This document shows positions 18,423 through 30,227 of a stretch of 64,000 nucleotides of DNA, piece after piece (position 1 is the first letter of the stretch; each line of letters begins with the position of its first letter). The stretch covers positions 512,001 through 576,000 of the forward strand of contig CAWKBC010000027.1 in the NCBI GenBank assembly GCA_963847705.1, given 5' to 3'. A program made the translations under genes and the position numbers. Below the pieces are notes generated by a model. That model was not told the origin of the DNA and made no database searches. It saw nothing but the letters and a program-made list of their open reading frames with translations. This DNA comes from an uncultured Pseudomonadota bacterium. Its GTDB lineage: Bacteria > Myxococcota_A > Polyangia > Fen-1088.

Positions 18423-18998
18423 CTAGTCTGCCGGGCCGGGCCCAGCGTCCAGCTTGGCGAGAAGCTCAGGGATTGGAATTCCGGCCGCATGACGGGCGGC
18501 GTTACGGCCGGTGGAGAAGGTTCGAGACCTCATACGGTCGATGTAGAGGGTCCCGCCGAGGTGGTCGATCTCGTGCTGGAGAATGCGGGCGTACCAGCCG
18601 CGCGCGTCGATGGTGATCGGCTCGCCGTGCTGGTCGAGCGCCTTCACCTGGACCGTGCGGGCGCGGGGCACGACGGCCTGGAAGCCTTCGACGCTGAGAC
18701 AGCCCTCGAAGAAATCAACCATCTCCTCGCCGAGCGTCAGCTGGGGGTTGGCGATGACGTGGAACGGAATCGGCGTGCGCTCGGTCGCCTCGATCTCGGC
18801 GACGTCCTCGATCACCGCGAGCTGGAGCGGCAGCCCGATCTGCGGCGCCGCCAGTCCGACGCCGGGCGCGTCGCGCATCGTCTCGCGCATCATCTCGATG
18901 AGGTGTTGAATCTCGGCGCTGGCGATCTCGGCGGGGGTGAGCGGGCGCGCCGCCGCACGCAGAACGGGCTCGCCGGCCTGGACGATCTTGAGGTTCAT
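18423..18998 (-). CDS. def: Peptide deformylase
   Basis: GVGLAAPQIG, EGCLS, QHEIDHL; start MNLKIVQAGEPVLR. Confidence 0.95.
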   Translation of the reverse strand: MNLKIVQAGEPVLRAAARPLTPAEIASAEIQHLIEMMRETMRDAPGVGLAAPQIGLPLQLAVIEDVAEIEATERTPIPFHVIANPQLTLGEEMVDFFEGCLSVEGFQAVVPRARTVQVKALDQHGEPITIDARGWYARILQHEIDHLGGTLYIDRMRSRTFSTGRNAARHAAGIPIPELLAKLDAGPGPAD

Positions 18999-19251
18999 CC
19001 GGTCAGTGTAGAGGATCGCGAGGGCGCGGGTGAGCCGAGGGCCGACGAATGAGTTCGAGGGGACGGTGGTGACGTTGGCGGCGATGACCCCGTTGGCGAT
19101 GCGGGCATTGATGGTCGCCGCCGTGGCGTTCGACCAGGTGTCGCCCATCGCCGAGGCGCCGAAGCTGGTGTCGACGAGGATCGTCTTGCCGCTCGACGAT
19201 CCAAAAATCAGCGGCTTGCGTCCTGGCGATTGGCGTCCTACACCTCCGCAC

Positions 19252-20241
19252 ATGAAGGTACGTACGCTCGGCACGAAGAACGGCCTGCAGGTCTCGGCGC
19301 TCGGCCTCGGCTGTATGGGGATGAGCGACTTCTATGGCCCCGCCTCGGAGGACGAAGCGATCGCGACGATCCACCAGGCGCTCGACCGCGGCGTCACCTT
19401 GCTCGACACGGCGGATATGTACGGTCCGTTCACCAACGAGACGCTGGTGGGCCGTGCGCTGCGTGGCCGGCGCGACGGCGTCGTGCTGGCGACCAAGTTC
19501 GGCAATGTTCGGGCAGCGGACGGGAAGTTCCTGGGGATCAACGGGCGGCCGGAATATGTGCGGCAGGCGTGCGACGCCTCGCTCAAGCGGCTCGGCGTCG
19601 ACCATGTCGACCTCTACTATCAACACCGCGTCGATCGGGAGACGCCGATCGAGGAGACGGTGGGCGCGATGGCCGAGCTGGTGCGCGCCGGGAAGGTGCG
19701 CCATCTGGGCCTCTCCGAGGCGGGACCTGCCACGATCAGACGCGCGCACGCGACGCATCCGATCGCGGCGCTGCAGACCGAGTACTCGCTCTGGACGCGC
19801 GATCCCGAAGACGAGATCTTGCGGACGGTGCGTGAGCTGGGGATCGGTTTCGTCGCTTACAGCCCGCTCGGGCGCGGCTTTCTGACTGGACGCTTTCGCA
19901 CCGGCGCCGACTTCGCCGCGGGCGACTACCGGACCTCCAACCCCCGCATGGACGCGCAGAATCTGGCCAAGAACGTGGCGCTGGCCGATCGGGTGCGGGA
20001 GCTCGCCGCCGAGAAGAACGTGACCGCCGGCCAGCTCGCGCTGGCCTGGGTGCTGTCGCGGGGCGAGGACATCGTGCCGATCCCGGGAACCACGCGCCGC
20101 ACGCACCTCGACGAGAACCTGGCCAGCGTCGAGGTCCGATTGACGGAGAGCGAGCTCGGGCAGCTCGATGCCGCCTTCCCGCGGAACGTGGCCGCCGGCG
20201 ATCGCTATCCAGAAGGCGGCATGCGCAACGTCAACGTCTGA
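19252..20241 (+). CDS. Aldo/keto reductase
   Basis: [49 protein letters not shown]. Confidence 0.95.
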   Translation: MKVRTLGTKNGLQVSALGLGCMGMSDFYGPASEDEAIATIHQALDRGVTLLDTADMYGPFTNETLVGRALRGRRDGVVLATKFGNVRAADGKFLGINGRPEYVRQACDASLKRLGVDHVDLYYQHRVDRETPIEETVGAMAELVRAGKVRHLGLSEAGPATIRRAHATHPIAALQTEYSLWTRDPEDEILRTVRELGIGFVAYSPLGRGFLTGRFRTGADFAAGDYRTSNPRMDAQNLAKNVALADRVRELAAEKNVTAGQLALAWVLSRGEDIVPIPGTTRRTHLDENLASVEVRLTESELGQLDAAFPRNVAAGDRYPEGGMRNVNV

Positions 20242-20256
20242 CGAAGGCGCCCGCTC

Positions 20257-21699
20257 TCACCCGGCGGCCGCCAGCTTGGGCGGCGCGGCCTGGCGCGCCA
20301 GCAGCTGCGCGAGATCGCCGCGGCAGGAGCCGCACCCGGTGCCGGCCTTGGTCACCTCGCCCAGCGCCTCGACGGTGCAGGCGCCTGCGCCGATGGCGTC
20401 GCAGAGGCGCGCTTCGTTCACCTTGTGACAGGTGCAGACCAGGCGATCGGCCGCGGCGCCCGCGCCGAACGCGGCGCCCGGGCAGAGCGCCTCCAGCGGA
20501 TCGTCGGGGAGCGTGTCGCCGCGATCGTAGAGCTGCACCAGGCTGGCGGCCGCCTCGGTGTTGCCGACGAAGAGCGCGCCGACCAGCTTCCCCTCGCGGA
20601 CGATCATCTTGCGGTAGGCGCCGCGCCGGGTCTCGACGATCTGGATGACCTCGTCGCTGTCGAGCTCGGGCTCGACGCGTCCCATCGAGGCGACGTCGAC
20701 GCCGGCCACCTTGAGCCGGGTGTAGAGCTTCGAGCCGCGGTAGCGCGCCTGGGGATTCGCGCCGGAGAGGATGTCGCCGAGGACGGCCGCCTGCTCCCAG
20801 GCAGGGGTCACGATGCCGTAGGTCTTGGCGGCGTGCTCCGCGCACTCGCCGATGGCATAGACGCCGGGCGCCTCGGTGGCCATGGCGTCGTTGACGATGA
20901 TCCCCCGGTTGATGGGAATGCCGGAGGCGCGCGCGATCTCGACGCGGGGGCGGACGCCGCAGGCGAGCACCACCATGTCGGCGGCCAGCGTCCTGCCGTC
21001 GTCGAGCCGCACCCCCTCGACGGCCACCTGACCGACGACCGCCTCGATGGTGCGGGCGGTGCGCACGAAGATCCCGCAGCGTTCGATCTCGCGCTCCAGC
21101 ATCTCGCCGCCCAGCTCGTCGAGCTGCGCGTTCATCAGGGTCTTGCTGGCGTGAATGACGGTGACGTGGAGGCCCCGATCGGCCAGCACCTTGGCGGCCT
21201 CGAGGCCCAGGAGGCCGCCGCCGAGGACGATGGCGGTGTCCCCGGAGCGGGCGTGGGCGCGCATGCGCGCGCAGTCGTCCATCGTCCGGTAGACGAAGAC
21301 GCCGGGGCGCAGCTCGCCGCCGGGGATGGTCATCCCGTCGAGCGGCGGCACCGTCGGCTGACTGCCGGTGGCGAGCACGGCGGTGTCGTAGCGGTGGAGC
21401 GCGCCGTCGGCGGTCTCGAGCTGTTTGGCGGCGGTGTCGAGCCGTTTGACGACGGCGCCGTCGCAGAGGTGGATGCCATGCGCCTCGTACCAGCCGCGCG
21501 GCTTGGTGACGATCGACTCGGGCGCGGCGCCGCCCAGCACCTTGCTGAGCAGGATCCGGTTGTAGGCGCCGCCTCTCTCCTCGCCGTAGACGACCACCTC
21601 GTAGCGAACGAGCGCCTGTCGCTCGACCAGCTCGTCGAGCAGGCGACAGGTCGCCATCCCGTTGCCGATGAGGGCCAGGACCTTCTTGCGCCCGCTCAA
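20257..21699 (-). CDS. NAD(P)H/FAD oxidoreductase with BFD-like [2Fe-2S] domain (assimilatory nitrate reductase electron-transfer subunit, NirB N-terminal-like)
   Basis: IGNGMA, YNRILLS, LATGS, GGGLLGLEAA, YAIGECAEH, CTCH..GTGCGSC. No siroheme domain. Confidence 0.85.
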   Translation of the reverse strand: MSGRKKVLALIGNGMATCRLLDELVERQALVRYEVVVYGEERGGAYNRILLSKVLGGAAPESIVTKPRGWYEAHGIHLCDGAVVKRLDTAAKQLETADGALHRYDTAVLATGSQPTVPPLDGMTIPGGELRPGVFVYRTMDDCARMRAHARSGDTAIVLGGGLLGLEAAKVLADRGLHVTVIHASKTLMNAQLDELGGEMLEREIERCGIFVRTARTIEAVVGQVAVEGVRLDDGRTLAADMVVLACGVRPRVEIARASGIPINRGIIVNDAMATEAPGVYAIGECAEHAAKTYGIVTPAWEQAAVLGDILSGANPQARYRGSKLYTRLKVAGVDVASMGRVEPELDSDEVIQIVETRRGAYRKMIVREGKLVGALFVGNTEAAASLVQLYDRGDTLPDDPLEALCPGAAFGAGAAADRLVCTCHKVNEARLCDAIGAGACTVEALGEVTKAGTGCGSCRGDLAQLLARQAAPPKLAAAG

Positions 21700-23807
21700 G
21701 AGGCGCCTCGCACGCTGGTCGTCACCGGGCCGGGCGCGAGGGCGGCGCGTACGGCGCAGACCTTGAATTCGGGCATCCGGCTCACCGGGTCGAGCGCCGG
21801 CATGGTCAGGGTGTTGGCGGCGCTCTTGCCGCCCCAGTGGAACGGCGCGAACAGCGTGTCGGGACGGATGTCGGGGCTGACCGCGACAGAGAAGATCACC
21901 TCGCCGCGGCGGCTCTCGACGAGGAGACTGCCGCCGTCGGCGACGCCGAGCTGGGCGGCCAGGCGGGGGTGAATCTGCAGCCGCGGCACCGGCCGAACGT
22001 CGCGGAGCGCGGCCACCCGGCGGGTCTGCGCGCCCGAGTTGTAGTGCTCCTTGGTGCGCCCGGTCGTGAAGTAGAGCGGGTAGGCGGCGTCAGGGAGCTC
22101 GGCCGCGGGACGGTGGCGCACGGCGATGCAGCGGGCCTTTCCGTCGGGGAAGGCGAAGCGCTCGGCGAACAGACGCGGCGTGCCGGGATGGTCCTCGGCG
22201 GGACAGGGCCAGAAGACCCCGTCGGCGGCCCGGATCTTGTCGTAGGTGATCCCGCTGTAGTCGGCGCGGGCGCCGGCCGTGGCCCGGCGGAGCTCGGCGA
22301 AGACCTCCTCGCTCGAGGAGAACTGGAAGCGCGGGCCCTCGCCCAGGCGCTCGGCCAGCGCGGCGAGGATCTCCAGGTCGCTCTTCACGCCCGGCGGGGG
22401 TGGGCGGACGCGGCGCCGCAGGATCACGCGGCCCTCGAGGTTGGTCATCGTGCCGTCCTCCTCGGCGAACTGGGTGATCGGCAGGATGACGTGGGCGGCG
22501 GCGGCGGTCTCGTTGACGAACGCATCGCACACGACCAGCAGCTCCAGCGAGGCCAGCCGCTGGTCGATGTGGCGGGCGTTGGGCGAGGCGACGGCGACGT
22601 TCGAGCCGAACACCAGCAGCGCGCGGATGCCGCCCTCCGGGCCGAGCGCGTCGAGGAGCTCGTAGGCGCTCTTCCCCTTGCCGGGCAGCGCCGCCGGGTC
22701 GACGCCCCAGACGCGGGCGATCGCCGCGCGGTCGTCGGCGCTCTCGATCAGCCGGTAGCCGGCGAGCTGATCGGCCTTCTGGCCGTGCTCGCGCCCCCCC
22801 TGACCGTTCCCCTGTCCAGTCAGGCAGCCGTAGCCGCTGTGCGGCTTGCCGACCTTGCCGAGCGCGAGCATCAGGTTGGTGAAGGCGACGACCGTGTCGG
22901 CCCCCTTTGACTGCTGCTCGGGACCGCGCCCGGAGAGCAACATGCTGCTCTCGGCTTCGGCCAGCAGATGGACCGTCCGCCGTTGCCTTTCGATCGACAC
23001 GCCCGTCATCCGCTCGACGTGCGCCGGGTGGACGTCGAGGACGGCCCGTCGGACCTCGTCGTATCCGACAGTGCGGCGGGCGAGGTAGTCGAGATCGACC
23101 AGGCCATCCTCGATCGCCAGGTGCAGAAGGCCGTTGGCCAGCAAGAGGTCGGTCCCCGGCGTGAGCTGGAGGTGCAGCTCGGCACCCTTCGCCGTGTCGG
23201 TGCGGCGGGGATCGACGACGATCAGCGCCCCCTGAGCGCGCTGCGCCGAGATCCACTGCATGAGCGGCGGCATCGTGTCGGCCACGTTCGAGCCCCAGAG
23301 CAGCAGCGTCTTGGTCTCGGCGATGTCGCTCACCGGAAACGGGAGGCCGCGGTCGATCCCGAAGGCACGGTTCTGGCCGGCCGCCCCCGAGGCCATGCAG
23401 TAACGGCCGTTGTAGTCGATGTGCGGCGTGCGGAGCGCCAGGCGGGCGAACTTGCCCAGCAGGTAGGCCTTCTCGTTGGTCAGCGCCCCGCTGCCGAAGG
23501 CGGCCAGCGCCTCGGGGCCGTGCGCGGCGCGAATCGCCAGCAGCCGCTCGGCGATGAAATCGAGCGCGGTCTCCCAGCTGGCCGGCGCCAGGCGGCCGTC
23601 GGGCCCGCGCAGGAGCGGCGTCGTCACCCGTTCGGCGTGGTCGAGCAGCTCCGCTGAGGTGAACCCCTTGGTGCACATCTGGCCGCGGTTGACCGGGAAC
23701 GTCTCGTCGGGGCGGACCTCCAGCGCCTGCGAGACGGTCATCCCGCACTGGAACGCGCAGTAGGGGCAATGCGTTCGGGTGGGGAGCGTGGCGAGTGAGG
23801 CGGACAT
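21696..23807 (-). CDS. nasA: Assimilatory nitrate reductase catalytic molybdopterin subunit
   Basis: THCPYCAFQCG..C [4Fe-4S] motif, LTNEKAYLLGKFAR, DYNGRYCM, TGQGNGQGGREHGQKADQL, SRMPEFKVCAV. Confidence 0.9.
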   Translation of the reverse strand: MSASLATLPTRTHCPYCAFQCGMTVSQALEVRPDETFPVNRGQMCTKGFTSAELLDHAERVTTPLLRGPDGRLAPASWETALDFIAERLLAIRAAHGPEALAAFGSGALTNEKAYLLGKFARLALRTPHIDYNGRYCMASGAAGQNRAFGIDRGLPFPVSDIAETKTLLLWGSNVADTMPPLMQWISAQRAQGALIVVDPRRTDTAKGAELHLQLTPGTDLLLANGLLHLAIEDGLVDLDYLARRTVGYDEVRRAVLDVHPAHVERMTGVSIERQRRTVHLLAEAESSMLLSGRGPEQQSKGADTVVAFTNLMLALGKVGKPHSGYGCLTGQGNGQGGREHGQKADQLAGYRLIESADDRAAIARVWGVDPAALPGKGKSAYELLDALGPEGGIRALLVFGSNVAVASPNARHIDQRLASLELLVVCDAFVNETAAAAHVILPITQFAEEDGTMTNLEGRVILRRRVRPPPPGVKSDLEILAALAERLGEGPRFQFSSSEEVFAELRRATAGARADYSGITYDKIRAADGVFWPCPAEDHPGTPRLFAERFAFPDGKARCIAVRHRPAAELPDAAYPLYFTTGRTKEHYNSGAQTRRVAALRDVRPVPRLQIHPRLAAQLGVADGGSLLVESRRGEVIFSVAVSPDIRPDTLFAPFHWGGKSAANTLTMPALDPVSRMPEFKVCAVRAALAPGPVTTSVRGAS

Positions 23808-23890
23808 CAGAGCGTCTCTCGGAGCGCTTCGGGGCGCTCTCATTGATTAGACGCTGTCTCGTTTCGGCTACGTTTCGTGGTGCCCGTTCT

Positions 23891-25972
<2,082 letters not shown>

Positions 25973-26278
25973 TCAGCCGAAGCGGCGCAGATCCCGTTGC
26001 CGGCGCAGGGCCGTCGCGAACGCCCATCCGAACAGCGCCGACAGGACATCGCCCAGCGAGTTCGCCAGCGTGTCCTGGGTCGGATAGGCGAAGACGGAGG
26101 GGACCAGGTTCTTGAAGACGTGCTCCACGATCTCCCACCCGACGGCGATCCCCAGGGTGGGCCAGAACCCCAGGCCGATCAGCCCCGCGGCCACACCCAC
26201 CAGGCCGTGCAGGGGCGAGTAGCGGTCGAAGGGCGGGTAGTTGATCTCTCCCGGTCGCGCCGTTCGCTCCGCGAACAT
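25973..26278 (-). CDS. Small hypothetical membrane protein
   Basis: FDRYSPLHG..IAVGWEIVE..NSLGD..GW pattern with hydrophobic helices. Confidence 0.7.
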   Translation of the reverse strand: MFAERTARPGEINYPPFDRYSPLHGLVGVAAGLIGLGFWPTLGIAVGWEIVEHVFKNLVPSVFAYPTQDTLANSLGDVLSALFGWAFATALRRQRDLRRFG

Positions 26279-26389
26279 GCTCTCAATCTGGGGCCGATTC
26301 CCCGCCGGGCCTAGGAGGGCATCGCCGAAAGGCGCCGGTGAGCGGAGCGAACGACAACGTGGCCCGACGACGTGGCGCCCGAAGCCGGC

Positions 26390-27379
26390 CTAGTGGCTGA
26401 AGTGCAGGTGCAATCCCAGCTGAACGATCGCCACGGTCAGCGCGGCCACGACCGGCACGGTGACCCACCTGGCCCGTGACCACCAGGCGGTCATCTGCAG
26501 GGTGGTCAGGCGCTCGGTGGCGACCGCCGAGGCGAGCGGGTTGACGGTCGCCATGACCGCGGCCGGGCGCAAGGCCCAGGCCGCGAGATCTGGACGCCGC
26601 ATGATCTCGGCGGTGCCGTGCACCCGCCTCCGGGGCGGACGCGCTTCGACCGCCCGCGCGTCGCGGGAGAGGCCCGCCGCCACCACCACCGAGGGCAACG
26701 GCTGCCCGCAGGGGGGTGGCAGGTTGATGGGCGGGAGGCGGGGCGGCGCGGGGGCCGTCCGAGGGGCCTCGACTCTCGGCGTTCCATACCGCCTGGTGCG
26801 GGCGCGCTTCTCGTCATCGAGCGCGACGTCGAGCGCCAGCCGCGGAACACCGTCCGTGGTCGATGGATCGACGGAGATCTTGCGGATGGTCCCGGCGGCA
26901 GCAATTCCCCCTTGCTCGCCCAGAAGGACGTCGACGCCGCCATCGAGCCGCAAGAAGGGCAGCGTGGCGGTCAACCGCACCATCTGCTCATCCACGTGCG
27001 CTTCGCAGCGGAGCGGCTTGTCGACGCCGTCGATCCGCAGCTTGGCCGGCAACGCCTGCTTGGTGCGCTCGGCGAGCAGGTTGGCGATCACCGCCGCCAC
27101 CGCCGGCTTGAGCTCGCCGAAAGCGACCGCCAGCTCGAAGCCTCCCGGCGCGGCGGTGACGCGCACGATCCTCCCGGTCACCGGGCGAGGTCCGTGCGGC
27201 AGCAGGATCTCGCACTTGATCTCGGTCCCGATCGGACAGGACTCCGTCGAGACGAGTGAGATGCCGCTGGCGCTCAGATCCAGCCCGCGCCCGTAGAGGC
27301 GGCCCTTCCCGTCGATTCGCGCCAGGCAGATCGCTTCGTCGTACGGGATCCGGGGTGAGTCTCGCCGGGCTTGGGTCAT
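26390..27379 (-). CDS. PilZ-domain protein with C-terminal TM segment
   Basis: RRDSPR (RxxxR) and DLSASG (DxSxxG) motifs; start MTQARR after GAAGGGGG. Confidence 0.75.
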   Translation of the reverse strand: MTQARRDSPRIPYDEAICLARIDGKGRLYGRGLDLSASGISLVSTESCPIGTEIKCEILLPHGPRPVTGRIVRVTAAPGGFELAVAFGELKPAVAAVIANLLAERTKQALPAKLRIDGVDKPLRCEAHVDEQMVRLTATLPFLRLDGGVDVLLGEQGGIAAAGTIRKISVDPSTTDGVPRLALDVALDDEKRARTRRYGTPRVEAPRTAPAPPRLPPINLPPPCGQPLPSVVVAAGLSRDARAVEARPPRRRVHGTAEIMRRPDLAAWALRPAAVMATVNPLASAVATERLTTLQMTAWWSRARWVTVPVVAALTVAIVQLGLHLHFSH

Positions 27380-27522
27380 GCGGCCCCCTTCACGTCGAAT
27401 TGTGGCACGTGCCGCGGGCGAGAGAAGACGTATGCGCCCCCTCTCTGCATTTTGGGCGGATGTCCCGCCACACCGACGGAGGAGTGGCCTCTTCGGGGCT
27501 GACGTAGGGAACGGTGCTCCGC

Positions 27523-28359
27523 TCAGCTTTCGAGCCGGGGCGGAACCTCCGGCCAGGGCGGCAGGGGAGGCAGCCCCAGCGCCTCGCGGACCAGCGCGAA
27601 CGACCGACGGTGAACCGGGCAGGCGCCCAGCTTCGCCAGGGCGCTGGCGTGCGCCTGCACCGGATAGCCCTTGTGCTGCGCGAAGCCGTAGCCAGGAAAC
27701 TGGACGTCGAGCTCGCGCATCTTCGCGTCGCGCGCGGTCTTGGCCAGGATCGAGGCCGCGGCGATCGACAGGCTCTTGGCGTCGCCGCCCACGATCCGCT
27801 GTTGCGGCAGCGCGACGTCGCCCAGCTTGCGGCCGTCGATCAACAGATGCTCGGCCGCCGGGGCCAGCGCCGCGATGGCCCGCCGCATGGCCGCCAGGCC
27901 CGCCCAGTAGATGTTGATGCGATCGATCTCCTCGACCTCGGCGAACGCCACCGCCCAGGCGACCGCCTGCTTCTTGATGACCGGCGCCAGGCGCTCGCGG
28001 GTCTCGACGTCGAGCCGCTTGGAGTCGTCCACCTCGGGAATTCGGGTCCCCGGCGCGAGAATGACCGCGGCGGCTGCCACCGGTCCGGCCAGCGGGCTCA
28101 TGCCCGCCTCGTCGACCCCGGCGATCCGCGTGACGCCGCCGTCCCACAGGGCGGTCTCGAAGCGCAGCATGGTCCGCAGGCGCTGTCCTTCCGCGCGGTT
28201 GTCCCGCCTCCGCCGGGCGACCGCCTCGAGGATGGCACGCGCCCCCGCCCGCGGGTCAGCCGCCAGCGCCGCTTCCACGCTGGCGGGCAGCGGACGACCG
28301 CCCTCGACGTAGCGCGCCCGCAGCTCGAGCAGCGACGCCGGTCGCGCGGGGCGGGTCAC
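27523..28359 (-). CDS. rnhB: Ribonuclease HII
   Basis: [45 protein letters not shown]. Confidence 0.95.
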   Translation of the reverse strand: MTRPARPASLLELRARYVEGGRPLPASVEAALAADPRAGARAILEAVARRRRDNRAEGQRLRTMLRFETALWDGGVTRIAGVDEAGMSPLAGPVAAAAVILAPGTRIPEVDDSKRLDVETRERLAPVIKKQAVAWAVAFAEVEEIDRINIYWAGLAAMRRAIAALAPAAEHLLIDGRKLGDVALPQQRIVGGDAKSLSIAAASILAKTARDAKMRELDVQFPGYGFAQHKGYPVQAHASALAKLGACPVHRRSFALVREALGLPPLPPWPEVPPRLES

Positions 28360-29198
28360 GGGGGAAGGGTGGCCAGCGCGGCGCGCGCCTCTTCCGCGTG
28401 CGTGCCGAGCGGGGCCAGCTCGAGATATTTGCGGTACGCGTCGCGCGACGCCGGGAGCCGTCCGCTGTCGTGCTGGACCTTCCCGACGACGATGTAGGCG
28501 TTGGAGAACCGGGGATCGGAGCCGAGCGCCAGGTTCGCCAGATCGAGCGCCTCACCGCCTCGACCCTGCGCGAGCGCGGTCTCTGCGCGCTGGGTCAGCA
28601 CAGCCGCAGGCTCTGCAGTCGCGGCGGCAGGGGCATCGGCGGTGGACCGATTGCGGGACGCCTGACCGTGCAGCGCCAGGGCCACCACGCACGCCACGAT
28701 GGTGGCGGTCCCGATCACGACGACCGTGCGCTTGCGGCCGGCGACCGGCGCGCGGGGATCGTAATGGGGCGCCGTGCCGGGATCATCGGCGATCGGCTCA
28801 ACCGCGTGCTCGCCATCGACCAGCCAGTGCAGCGTCGATTCCGAGAGACCCATCTCCTGCTTGGGCTCGGCGGCGGGCGGGAGCGGCTCGTCGCTCTTGG
28901 CGGCGGGCGGCTCCTCGGGCTTGCTCAGAGCTGGCTCGTCCGTGGCCGCGGCCGTCGTCGTCGGGGCGACCTCAGCCGGCCTGGCGGGCTCATTGGCGGG
29001 CTCAGAAGATATCGAAGCCGGCTCTTCGGGCCGCGCTTCTGCCGGGGGCCAGGCCGGCTCGTCCGATTTGGCGCGCTCTCCTTCCGGCGTTTCCGGCGTT
29101 TCCGGCGTTTCCGGCGCTTCCGGCGCTTCCGGCGCTTCCGGCGCTTCCGGCGCTTCCGGCGCAGGCCGGGTTTCGTCCTCGGACTCCGGGCTCGGCAT
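28356..29198 (-). CDS. Membrane-anchored TPR protein with disordered Pro/Glu-rich N-terminus
   Basis: (A/T)PE repeats, one TM, C-terminal TPR ending [11 protein letters not shown]. Confidence 0.75.
   Translation of the reverse strand: MPSPESEDETRPAPEAPEAPEAPEAPEAPETPETPETPEGERAKSDEPAWPPAEARPEEPASISSEPANEPARPAEVAPTTTAAATDEPALSKPEEPPAAKSDEPLPPAAEPKQEMGLSESTLHWLVDGEHAVEPIADDPGTAPHYDPRAPVAGRKRTVVVIGTATIVACVVALALHGQASRNRSTADAPAAATAEPAAVLTQRAETALAQGRGGEALDLANLALGSDPRFSNAYIVVGKVQHDSGRLPASRDAYRKYLELAPLGTHAEEARAALATLPP
29082..29162. repeat. 9-bp tandem repeat x9 (TTCCGGCGY), coding APE/TPE
   Basis: 3x ttccggcgt followed by 6x ttccggcgc. Confidence 0.95.
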
Positions 29199-29294
29199 GT
29201 CGTGACCAGGAAGACTAGTGCATTTCCATTCTGCCCGTGTCCGGAAAATCGCCCAGCGCGACTGTCAGTTTCCATCTGTTAACATGCTCCGGAG

Positions 29295-30188
29295 ATGGCG
29301 AAGCCCGTCGACGACACCACGCTCGAGCGTCAGCCAACCATGGAGCCGCCCGAGATCCCGCGCGGTCCGAGCGCCTATCTTCTCGTGATCGCGGGGCCGA
29401 GCTTCGGCGAGATGCACCGGCTGCAGGGGAACCGCTCGGTGATCGGTCGCGCCGACACCGCGGCCATCCGCGTGCTCGACGACGGCATCTCGCGCGAGCA
29501 CGCCGCGGTCGAGCGCGACGGCGGCAAGAACGTGCTCGTCAATCTCGGATCGACCAACGGGACGTTCTGCAACGGAGCGAAGATCGAGCGCCAGGAGCTG
29601 GCCGACGGCGACAAGATCTCCCTCGGCGCGTCCACGATCTTGAAGTTCACCTACCAGGACCAGGTGGACGAGCGCTACCAGAAGCGCCTCTTCGAGTCGT
29701 CGCTCCGGGACGGGCTGACCTCCACGTTCAACCGCCGCTACTTCGTCGATCGGCTCAACACCGAGATGCGGTTCGCCTCGCGTCACGACAAGTCGCTGGC
29801 CTTGCTGTTCATCGACGTCGATCACTTCAAGAAGATCAACGACGGCTTCGGGCACCAGGCGGGGGACTACGTCCTGGCGGCGGTGGCACGCGAGATGATC
29901 GCCACCCTCCGCGCCGAGGACGTGCTGGCCCGCTATGGCGGGGAGGAGTTCGCCGTCATCTGCCGCGAGATCGAGAAGGACGGCGCGCTGGTGCTGGGCG
30001 AGCGGCTGCGGGCGGCCGTCGCGCGCGCTCGGTTCGAGCACGAAGGCCGGGTCATCCCGGTCACCATCAGCGTGGGCGCGGCGGTCGCGCGCAAGCCCCA
30101 GCAAGCCCAGCCGCTGATCGCGGCCGCCGATGCGGCGATGTACGAGGCCAAGCGGGCCGGCCGCAACCGTGTCTCATTTCATGAATAA
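29295..30188 (+). CDS. FHA-domain diguanylate cyclase
   Basis: FHA motifs IGR..ISREHA..GSTNGTF; GGEEF active site with RAED I-site. Confidence 0.92.
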   Translation: MAKPVDDTTLERQPTMEPPEIPRGPSAYLLVIAGPSFGEMHRLQGNRSVIGRADTAAIRVLDDGISREHAAVERDGGKNVLVNLGSTNGTFCNGAKIERQELADGDKISLGASTILKFTYQDQVDERYQKRLFESSLRDGLTSTFNRRYFVDRLNTEMRFASRHDKSLALLFIDVDHFKKINDGFGHQAGDYVLAAVAREMIATLRAEDVLARYGGEEFAVICREIEKDGALVLGERLRAAVARARFEHEGRVIPVTISVGAAVARKPQQAQPLIAAADAAMYEAKRAGRNRVSFHE

Positions 30189-30227
30189 ATAGAGACAGCG
30201 GCGGGGTCATTGGTATGGTGGGGGCGG

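Noticed and set aside
19216-19251. TTGCGT-N17-TACACC before the aldo/keto reductase
   Set aside because: Spacing is good but the hexamer lacks the conserved final T, so it was not counted as a leaderless promoter.
28925-29275. ORF with (KRR)n protamine-like repeat
   Set aside because: Alternative frame of the 9-bp repeat inside the TPR gene.
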